Below, piece by piece: positions 1-8,581 of a stretch of DNA of 64,000 nt. Position 1 is the first letter of the stretch, and each line of letters starts with the position of its first letter. The stretch comes from Minutocellus sp. GHC0000111. Lineage: Eukaryota. The position numbers and the translations under genes are program-made. Under the pieces are notes generated by a model, which saw only the letters and a list, made by a program, of their open reading frames with translations, had not been told where the DNA came from and ran no database searches. Location of the stretch: positions 806,001 to 870,000 of the forward strand of contig OZ361260.1 in assembly GCA_977018835.1 (NCBI GenBank). The letters are read 5' to 3'.

Positions 1-642
1 AAGGAAGCTGCCTGCGGTCAGCACTTGCATGAACATATTTGGGCGCAATACACAGTAGTTCCCGTCGCAGTTCGCACGAAGATATTCCTCTACAACTCGA
101 TGTTCCTTGGCATATGCTGATGCTCCCTCTCCATCGTTTGCATCCATTATCGGTGTCGCTGTGCTTAGCTTTGTAGTGAACAGATTGTTATCCGTGCTTT
201 TTGTATGAGCAATTGCTTCTTTCAACACATTCAACTCAAGATTTGCTTGGTCTGGTACGTTGCCACACGACAAAAATAAGCGGCATTCGTCGGTGGAAGG
301 GATAGATTCAAAAGCGTCCCTCAATTGCTCTGGACTTGAATAATCTGCCTCCATTATGGAGAGACCAGCGATGGCATCGTCAACGCCACCTGTATTCTTC
401 ATCATCGTCTTGAGTTTGTTGGCATCTCGAACCAACGCTACAATCTGGTTGGATGGTTCGCCATCATTGTTATTCAGCAGCTCACGAAGCAGCCGTGAAC
501 CTACTTTGCCACAGGCTCCGCTCACAACAATCGTTGTGGATGGGCTTGCGAGTGCCATCGCGTGGGAATAATGAGAAAATAAGAGTGCGTGCAAAAATAC
601 AATCGGAAAGATAATATCGAATGGTAATTGGAAATACCTCAT
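1..642 (-). CDS. NmrA-like/atypical SDR NAD(P)-binding protein with N-terminal signal peptide (3' end outside window)
   Basis: Manual translation from ATG 642: MRYFQLPFDIIFPIVFLHALLFSHYSHAMALASPSTTIVVSGACGKVGSRLLRELL...IVALVRD...ADY...AKEHRVVEEYLRA...YCVLRPNMFMQ. Rossmann GxxGxxG and NmrA-type LRPxxFMQ motifs. Alternative ATG at 558. Not in ORF track because there is no stop in the window. Confidence 0.8.
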   Translation of the reverse strand, partial: MRYFQLPFDIIFPIVFLHALLFSHYSHAMALASPSTTIVVSGACGKVGSRLLRELLNNNDGEPSNQIVALVRDANKLKTMMKNTGGVDDAIAGLSIMEADYSSPEQLRDAFESIPSTDECRLFLSCGNVPDQANLELNVLKEAIAHTKSTDNNLFTTKLSTATPIMDANDGEGASAYAKEHRVVEEYLRANCDGNYCVLRPNMFMQVLTAGSFL

Positions 643-817
643 CTTTACATGAGGTAGCTTCCTTGATTGATTGTGCACGTTCTGGTGCCGGTGGGTGACT
701 GGCTTGCTTGGCTGGCGATCAGCCGTGTGGCAGCGTGGTAGGCCTAGCTAGCCTACGTACGTACGTAGCTGTGGTAGCCGGTGAGTCAGCCACTCCGGGT
801 TTCTTTCGAGGTGGTTT

Positions 818-915
818 GCTTTCAAGGGCGTCGAAGAGTATCTCTTCCATCACTTCACTTGAACGTGCTTTCAAGGGCGTCAAAGAGTATCTTTTCCATC
901 ACTTCACTTGAACGT
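818..915. repeat. 49-bp tandem duplication (2 copies, 2 mismatches)
   Basis: gctttcaagggcgtcgaagagtatctcttccatcacttcacttgaacgt at 818-866, repeated at 867-915. Confidence 0.9.
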
Positions 916-969
916 GAAGCCAAAAAGCATTCCAACTTCAATCCAATTCTTGAAATTGCATTTATCACC

Positions 970-1634
970 ATGGGTAAGTCGCGCGGCGCCATCTATCCGC
1001 GCTTAGAGGCAGGCCGTCGTCAGGGGCTGGAGGCTCCTGGTGGCTAATGGCTTATCGTCTCATCTTGGATCGCCATGGCATTTTCTCATCAATAACAATC
1101 ACAATTCGGGCCATCGTCAGAGGCTGGAGGCTCGTGGTGGCTTAAAAATGGCACATGACACATCTTCTCATCTTGGGTCGCAATGGTTTTCTCATCAGTA
1201 ACAATCACGCTTCAACTCATCGCGTCCACATTTCTTGTCATTTCCCTTGTCATTCCCTTTTTTATTTGGCAGCCACTATTTCTCCTAACGAGTGCGAGAG
1301 GTTGAACGACTACCTCGGCCCGAAGACTCCCGGCGGTTGTTTCGTACTGGGCCACAACGACGGCGATGATCCCTTTACGCATGGCGTCGAGAAGGGCGAA
1401 ACTCCTTTCCAGGGCAAGGATGCCACCCATCATCGCAACTCGTGGCTTTGGCCCAAGTTGGCCCGTCGTGTGACGAAAAACAGTGACCTTCATCAGTCGC
1501 GCTGGCGCCGCCCTGTCGAAGTCAGCGGTGATGAGTGCAACCGCATCTACAATCTTCTCAAGCTCAAGCTTGAAGATAGCCAGGAGGCCCTCGATGAGCT
1601 CCCCGTGGGATGCAAGAAGTTTGTCATGTCGTAG
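970..1634 (+). CDS. Small hypothetical protein (~121 aa), join(970..973,1273..1634)
   Basis: ATGG|gtaagt donor at 974 and ttggcag| acceptor at 1272 join in frame to give MATISPNECERLNDYLGPKTPGGCFVLG...CKKFVMS*. Coding-like codon usage starts only after the acceptor. Confidence 0.6.
1013..1209. repeat. Imperfect ~100-bp tandem duplication inside the predicted intron
   Basis: ggctggaggctc(c/g)tggtggct ... tctcatcttgg(a/g)tcgc ... ttttctcatca(a/g)taacaatcac occurs twice. Confidence 0.75.
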
Positions 1635-1892
1635 ATCCAATTCAGATTGTTTTTATTGTATGAGTATGGCGGGCTGGATCAATGTTTGTTTTGCTCATTC
1701 GAGGAGAGGCGGAGGCAACGAGAGGAAGTCGACAAGCTGGAGAAAAATAGCGTGGTGTTGTAATTTTTTAAAAGAAGATATATGCTAATTGTGGAAATGC
1801 CTTATTTTGCAGCAGGCAACAGATTCCTTTTCGTCTCTACATCTATCTTTTACACATCTACTAGGTATCTATTACTTTCACATCATCAACAG

Positions 1893-3140
1893 TTATTTGA
1901 ATTGTTCAAATACATTTGTCGGGTCTAATCTCATGCCCAGGGCACAATGCAAGTTATTGAGACCCTGGGTACTGGACAAGCTCAGCCAGGCCATGCTGTA
2001 AAAGGAGTGGAGCAAATCGGGATACACACCCAGAACCTTGCTGAAGCCGCCCATATCAGTTTGGCACGAGAGCACAAAGTGCGTGAGGGCTTCCGTGTCG
2101 AGCAGATTGTCACAGCCCAACAGTCGCAACGTCCCACCGATCCAATAACTATAGCAGGTATCCTCAACCTTGTTTGGACGGCCCTGCAACCCACCCAATT
2201 GTCGCGAGACGCACCATCTGATGAGCTCATTTCTCCACCCATCTTCGGCCAGAACATCCTCAGCCTTTCCCATGAGCGTGAGTGCAGATATCGCACAAAA
2301 AGTACTTCCACCGTGACCTTCCTGTCCGGGGAGGAGGGATATAGCTCCATCGTACGATCGGCAGCTTCGAATGAAATCAACGGCCCTGTCTACGTCCACC
2401 CCCGACCAGTCATTGAGCATGTACGATACGGCGCAGGCACAAAAGAGGAACCTCATGTCGTTCTCGCTCCCGAAATGGATGCATTGGAAACTGCCGTCGT
2501 CCAATTGCAACTTCTTTAGGGACTGGATGGCACCATAACGGTCGAATCGGGACAGATCGTCTCCCAATGCCGCCAAGGTGCAAAGTGCCGTGTACGTCAT
2601 TGCCACGTGGCTATGATCGTATTCAAATCCATCGTAGGGAAGGCACCTGTATTTGCTCTTGCTGTTGCTGTTGCCGTTGCTGCCGTTGCCATCGGAGAGT
2701 TCCGCATCCTCTATCATTTTTTCGTACTGAGCGCCCGGCCCGCCGAGGAAGCCTCCGCCCTTGAATCCTCCACCTGCTTGGCTCTCATCACTTGTTCTGT
2801 TCTTGATTGGTTCGTCGTTTTGCCCGTCGTCGTTATCATCTTCGGCGCCGGCCGATGGTGACGAAGGCAGCTTCTGGAGGGAGTAGATCCAATCCACAAT
2901 CTCATCCTTGCGTATGCCCAACGTTTCCAGTTGCTCGTCGTCGTCCAGCACTCCCAGTAGGTCGAGGGAATGGACGGCAAAGTGACAGAGCGTGAGCCGA
3001 TTCGTATCGAGGTGTGCGTATGCGGCGGGCAAACTTTTCAGGGAATGTCCAAAGTAGCGAATGTGACGAGGTCGATCAAAGGGTTCAGGGGAGGACGGCG
3101 GCTCATTGCTATCGTCGTTAGGAGATGGAGGTGACGACAT
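1893..3140 (-). CDS. PGGT1B: Geranylgeranyl transferase type-I beta subunit
   Basis: Prenyltransferase repeats and motifs: HIRYF..L..LP..Y..LDTNRLTL, HVAMTYTAL, ENDMRFLFCA, EGHGGSTFCA, GRPNKVEDTCYSYWIG, DLLHSFY. ATG at 3140, intronless. Confidence 0.9.
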   Translation of the reverse strand: MSSPPSPNDDSNEPPSSPEPFDRPRHIRYFGHSLKSLPAAYAHLDTNRLTLCHFAVHSLDLLGVLDDDEQLETLGIRKDEIVDWIYSLQKLPSSPSAGAEDDNDDGQNDEPIKNRTSDESQAGGGFKGGGFLGGPGAQYEKMIEDAELSDGNGSNGNSNSKSKYRCLPYDGFEYDHSHVAMTYTALCTLAALGDDLSRFDRYGAIQSLKKLQLDDGSFQCIHFGSENDMRFLFCACAVSYMLNDWSGVDVDRAVDFIRSCRSYDGAISLLPGQEGHGGSTFCAISALTLMGKAEDVLAEDGWRNELIRWCVSRQLGGLQGRPNKVEDTCYSYWIGGTLRLLGCDNLLDTEALTHFVLSCQTDMGGFSKVLGVYPDLLHSFYSMAWLSLSSTQGLNNLHCALGMRLDPTNVFEQFK

Positions 3141-3344
3141 GGCCACCAGCTACACGCAGCACCGATGCAGGTCGGCCATTGAGGCAGGTCTCGGCCGAAT
3201 AAAAAATGAGGCAGGCAAACCTTTGCGGATTTCAGGATGCTAAAGAGTGGTCTGTCCGTCGCCTCCGTGTGCTTTGCTTTGCGCGCCGCCGGCCGCCGCT
3301 CAAATTTCTCCTTCCTGCGTCATTGCACTTCCATCACTGCAACC

Positions 3345-5093
3345 ATGCTCGCCCCAAGCCTCGCCATCCTGCGCCGCTCGGCCGCCAGCTCCTCGCGCAT
3401 CGTCGGTGCCGCCCGCCACCTCACCGGCGGGTCCGCCAACATCAGCGTCGATCACTACTCGTCCGGCTGGAAGATTGACGACATTGCCGATTTCACCAAG
3501 GAGGGCAAGTTCCACATCAAAACGTACAACAAGATTAGCGAGGAGGTACGTAAGCAAGCAAGCAAGGTGGAATGACAGCACAAATTCACGTAAATCGTGA
3601 GACATAATAACCAGCAGGTCAACATTCCCACACCATGCTCGGTCGCTATCTCACGGAAAGTAACTCGTTTTCAGTGATGAGAGGGCACGTGTTCATGCTT
3701 GCATTTCTTCTGACCTCCCATTTTTTGGCCAGATGCAAGATGGGACGGGCCTTACATCTATTTTTCTAATCAATGTATTGCGATTCAGTTTACTCACAAT
3801 AATTACTATTCTCAATGCAATGATACGCGGTGTGGTCCAAATGTATATGTGCGTACCTACGTGTAGGGTCTCAAGCAATTCCCCGAGGAAAAGTATGAGA
3901 TCAAGCCCTCGGAGTGGGATGCCTTCAACGCGCATGCCATCCTCCTCCGCTCTCACAAGCTGCAGGAGTCCGAGGTCGACGTCAGTGTCCGTGCCATCGC
4001 CCGATGCGGTGCCGGCACCAACAACGTTCCCGTCGCCCGCATGACCGAGTTGGGCATCCCGGTGTTCAACACCCCCGGTGCCAACGCCAACGCCGTCAAG
4101 GAGCTCGTCCTTTGCGGTATGCTCCTCGGCTCTCGTCGTGTCGTTGACGGCATCAACCACATGAAGGAGCTCGGTGCGGCTGGCCAGGCCCGTGAGCTCG
4201 TGGAGAAGGACAAGGCCATGTTCGGTGGTCGGGAGCTCAAGGGAAAAACTCTCGCCGTCGTTGGTTTGGGACACATTGGTGCCTCCACTGCTCGTGATGC
4301 TGCCGCTCTTGGCATGGACATTGTCGGATACGACCCCGGTCTTTCGATCGATTCGGCTCTGAAGCTTCCCCGTGAGATCACTCTTGTGGACAGCATCTCG
4401 AGCGCTGTTGCCAACGCCGATTACATCTCGTTGAACATCCCCTACATCAAGGGCTCGCCTAAGCAGGGTGGAACTCACGGCATCTTTGGCAACGATGTCA
4501 TTTCTCACCTCAAGTCGGATGCTGTCATTCTCAACTTTGCTCGCGGTGAACTTGTGGATTCGGATGCCATGAAGTCCTTCCTTGACAGTGGCGATGGACG
4601 GTACGTTACCGATTTCCCCGACGATGTTTGCTGGGACCACAAGAACGCGGTCGTTCTTCCCCATCTCGGTGCCTCGACGGAGGAAGCCGAGGATCAGGCC
4701 GCCGCCATGGCTGCCAACACCATTCGGGATTACGTTGAGACCGGTGCCATCAAGAACTCGGTGAACTTCCCGGAAACCGCCCTCCCCGACAGACCGGCCA
4801 ATTCCATCCGTATGACTGTCGTGAACAAGAACATTCCTGGTATGCTTGCCCACATCACCGAGGCCTTCGCCAAGGCTGACCTCAACATTATCCAACAGAT
4901 CAACCACTCCCGGGGTGACATTGCGTACAATGTGTTGGACATTGATCCCACCAGTAACGGCGGTGACGGCATCTGCCTCAAGGACTTGCAAAGGGAGCTG
5001 ACCATGCTTGAGGGTGTTTTGAGCAGCCGAGTTCTCTTCGATTGCCCTGGCGCTGGATATGCCCGAAACATTGAGGGATCGTACTTCATCTAA
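3345..5093 (+). CDS. serA: D-3-phosphoglycerate dehydrogenase with C-terminal ACT domain and mitochondrial-type presequence, join(3345..3545,3867..5093)
   Basis: IARCGAGTNN, FNTPGANANAVKEL, GLGHIG, LNFARGELVD, PHLGASTEEAE, ACT-like NKNIPGML. The GT..AG intron 3546-3866 restores the frame (KISEE|GLKQFP). Arg/Ser/Ala-rich leader. Confidence 0.92.
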
Positions 5094-5497
5094 ATATTCT
5101 GTAGAAAGTAATAAAATAACGGAAAACGCTACATAGACATGCCTTGTTACTCTTTTGAAGGGTTGGGTACTGCACAGGGGCAGATCTTATTGATCTGCCG
5201 ACATCATCGGGGTTTTCGGAGTTTCGCGTACTGGTTCGAGTGAGTCCATGATTTGATTCATTCGACTCTCAAACAAACAGTTGGTGAAGGCAGGGCAAGG
5301 GCTATTTTGGTCTGATTTTGAATCTTGCCGCCGACGAAAGTAGCGTCTGAGTGCAAGGGCTGTTGCAAAGTGTCACAAGCATGACGATTTTGGTCGTATC
5401 CTGGACTAAAGGGCTTTCAAATCTCTATTTCACTTGCCGCTCCCGCCGATAATTTCCTCATTTTTCATCACAAAGTAAATATCCAACCACAAACAAA

Positions 5498-5966
5498 ATG
5501 ATTGCCCAACGATTCTTCACCCTTGCCATCATCGTCGCTGTCGCCGTTGTAGCCAATGCCGACCCGCGTCTTCGCGCCACTGCTGACCTTGTCAACACCG
5601 AGGAGGTGGGTGAAAACAGTTTTTAGCTTGGTCTGATTTGATTGATATTTATTCGTAGCAACATTCTCTTGCATGAGGCGTATTTTCTATTCTTTCCCAC
5701 AATCGGTTTTCATTCCTTTCTCACGCATATCCTTGTCCACGCATTATTTTGCATCATGATTTTCTTCTTTCGTCATTTTCTTACAGATGAATGAGGATGC
5801 CACCTTCTGGGGCCGTGAGCTCGGTGGCTCCAGCACTAGCTCGAGCAGCGGAAAGGGCAAGGGCAAAGGTGGTTCCAGTTCAAAGGGTTCCAAGGGAAGT
5901 AAGGGATCAAAGAGCAGCAAGAAGTCTGGAAAGGGCAAGGGCAAGGGAGGTTCGAAGTCGAGGTAA
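5498..5966 (+). CDS. Small secreted silaffin-like Lys/Ser/Gly-rich protein (~95 aa), join(5498..5605,5787..5966)
   Basis: MIAQRFFTLAIIVAVAVVANADPRLRATADLVNTEE|MNEDATFWGRELGGSSTSSSSGKGKGKGGSSSKGSKGSKGSKSSKKSGKGKGKGGSKSR*. Signal peptide, REL (RXL) site, KxxK repeats, phase-0 GT..ttacAG intron. A further exon via ag|gtaaac at 5963 is possible. Confidence 0.75.
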
Positions 5967-6243
5967 ACGTGTCGTGTCTTTTTGCAATACAATATCAAAT
6001 ATTATTTTGTACGTGTGACCTTCACTTCATCATCGATTCCAGCAAAAGAGCGCCCACAATGAAATGCATCGATGATAATGCATATTTGATTGATGGATAG
6101 AGTAGTAGTAGCAGCTCCTCATCGTCGGTTCATTGATGAACGCAATATGTAATTTAGAATTTTGTTTAAATACGGTCTTATTGGCATTGGACAAAAATCA
6201 ATTCTACATTATAATTGTATTTCGCATTTCAATTTTTCTCGTT

Positions 6244-8277
6244 CTAAATTCGCCACGCACACAGAGGCCTGCGCATGTATGGCTTTTCCTTCTCCTCTTC
6301 ATCGACATCGTGCTCGCTCTCCATGCCCAACGTATCGCCCGACTCTCGAAAGCATATAGCAGCTGTGGCACCAATCGCGCCGACACTTGCAATGGCTTCC
6401 GCCGATGTCAGTCCAACAGTCACAATGCCCATGAGAATACTTTCCGTGCCAACAACCGCAGCGAGGCCTGCCATCGCAAACGGCATTGCCACAGTTGTCC
6501 CGACAGCAATGGATGTGCCAATGGCAAAGGTCTTGATCTTCCCACTCGACACAGCCCTCGGTAGGACAGGATCGACTCGCCACACTTCTCTTTGATCGTC
6601 ACCGATTTCGGTGACAGTACAAAGCTTGGGATTAATCTTGGAGTTGGCAGATTGAGATTCTTCTGCACTACTACTGGTATCCTGTCCTTCAAAATGGTAG
6701 GACAACATGCGGCCATCGTGCTGAACAGAATGAAACACATATCCACCATCAGTTCTCGACATGTCCATCTTCCAAAGCTCCGAATTTCCAGCGTCCGCTG
6801 CTAAGCACACATCTCCACCTTCCTCAGCGCCAATATATTTCTCCTCCTTGACGTGATACAAGCGCACCAAGCCCTCTGCATCGAGCTGTTCCACAACGAC
6901 TTCATCCAATTGCTTCTTGTTGTCAGTGACGAAAGGAAATGGTCCCAGAGTTTTGGGCATGTTGTATAACGATGCAAGCGAGTACTTTTGAGAATGCCCA
7001 GCATTGAGATGCCAGAGCGATGCCTTCTCGTCAAAATGTACTGATATAAACACGCCCTCTTCGGTGTGGCACAGAAAATCTCCAAGTCGCTTGGAAGACG
7101 CCGATCGGATCACGACGCCCTCGGAAGCGTACTGCCCAGGAGCCTTCTCGACATACCATTCATCCATCCCAATCTCTGGCCCTTCGTCAACAATGTGGGA
7201 TGCACTGCACATTATTACTGACCCGTCTTCTGGGTTACAGCACAAAAAGTGCTGGCTGTGCATCCAAGAACAGATACGAAGTTTGCCACCACCACACTCG
7301 ATGAAACGAAATACCTCCCATCCCTTGGCGGTCGAGGTCAGAGTAAGTCGGCCCATCATGTCGCAACGCAGTTGTTTCTGTATCGACGGCGCCGACATGA
7401 AACATAGTTCACCAGTCACGAGTTCTACGTTCCAACTCTCCGCCTTGTTATTCTGATCTTGGAGGCATATGTGGGTGGCATTGCTCGAGGATGGAATAAG
7501 CGACGAGGTTGACATCGATTTTGCTGATGCCGACATCATTGACGTGCGCAATGATGAGAACGAGGAGGAGAACCGATCCTTGGCCGATATTGGTGCCGAT
7601 GCCGGTGCCGCAGTTGTCGGTGCTGCCGCCGCTTCTGCCGATGCAGATGCCACCGCAGCTACTGCCAAGTTCTTTTCATTCTGCTTTGACACCAAGAAAT
7701 GACCACCGTGAGGGCTGCGCATCAACAACCATGCTGCTGATTCGTCCGGTTTGGCATCTGGATTTTCCTTGGTCGCAAATTCTGTGGTGCTGATGGTCCC
7801 ATCGGCCGATGAGGTGAGATACCGCCCGAACTTGTACGATTTGATATGGAACAGTACTTTTTGCTGTGGCTGCTGCTGCGATGTTATTTCGCCGGTGCCT
7901 TCCGCTTGAGATTCGTCGTCTGTTGCGCTGGAGGGCACGGGTAACAAAAAGAACTGATCCTTCTCACCACGATTCTTGGTCAGCGATACCCCTCCCTTCT
8001 TGGTTGAGGTTAGGCGACGGTGTGGCTGCGATAATGAATTGATGAAACACCGAGATGGTTGTTCGATGCATGGCAATATCCCGAGGCCCTTGGAAAGTTC
8101 ACGACCTCCTTGCGTTTCGGCGGTGCTCGTTTCCTCCTCGTTGCTTTCGGCCGTGGTTCCGTTGCCAGAAATATCAGTGGTAGCAACACTATTTGCGATA
8201 GCAACAGTATCGGGCGCATCAGTGCCAGTGCTCTGATCGCCAGTGCTACCGGCAGTGGCGGTACCTGTAACGGTCAT
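6244..8277 (-). CDS. Hypothetical protein with fascin/beta-trefoil-like repeats and a C-terminal hydrophobic Gly/Ala-rich hairpin
   Basis: 677-aa ORF with repeated units such as FHIKSYKFGRYLTS..DG, GWEVFRFIE..GGKLRICSW..HFL, ELWKM...DGGYVFHS. C-terminal hydrophobic TFAIGTSIAVG...IGATAAIC. Confidence 0.6.
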   Translation of the reverse strand: MTVTGTATAGSTGDQSTGTDAPDTVAIANSVATTDISGNGTTAESNEEETSTAETQGGRELSKGLGILPCIEQPSRCFINSLSQPHRRLTSTKKGGVSLTKNRGEKDQFFLLPVPSSATDDESQAEGTGEITSQQQPQQKVLFHIKSYKFGRYLTSSADGTISTTEFATKENPDAKPDESAAWLLMRSPHGGHFLVSKQNEKNLAVAAVASASAEAAAAPTTAAPASAPISAKDRFSSSFSSLRTSMMSASAKSMSTSSLIPSSSNATHICLQDQNNKAESWNVELVTGELCFMSAPSIQKQLRCDMMGRLTLTSTAKGWEVFRFIECGGGKLRICSWMHSQHFLCCNPEDGSVIMCSASHIVDEGPEIGMDEWYVEKAPGQYASEGVVIRSASSKRLGDFLCHTEEGVFISVHFDEKASLWHLNAGHSQKYSLASLYNMPKTLGPFPFVTDNKKQLDEVVVEQLDAEGLVRLYHVKEEKYIGAEEGGDVCLAADAGNSELWKMDMSRTDGGYVFHSVQHDGRMLSYHFEGQDTSSSAEESQSANSKINPKLCTVTEIGDDQREVWRVDPVLPRAVSSGKIKTFAIGTSIAVGTTVAMPFAMAGLAAVVGTESILMGIVTVGLTSAEAIASVGAIGATAAICFRESGDTLGMESEHDVDEEEKEKPYMRRPLCAWRI

Positions 8278-8581
8278 GGTCGTTCGGTCGTTCGTGAGAA
8301 AATGGGCGAGGTGGCAAAAGAGTCAAAGCCACAATGCTACAAAAGAACCCGGAGAATTTTAGCCATCGCATCAGAGCAGAGAGCTCAAGATCTCTGTCAA
8401 AGACGTATCCTCTCCGTGTTCCATCCAGCCGGCACCAAGGGATGGTAGATCTAGATCTACATGTGATCAAACTACCGGTACGGTACTACGGGCAGCTAGA
8501 TATAGTCTCTAGGCCTAGTACTTCGTGCACTGTAGACTACATGAAAACATCTAACATCTAGCTAGACTCTACGTGGGTAGT

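Noticed and set aside
818..915. CRISPR-like repeat
   Set aside because: Only two adjacent copies, no spacers, no cas genes, eukaryotic context.
3693..4991. 432-aa minus-strand ORF
   Set aside because: Antisense to PHGDH; codon-bias artefact.
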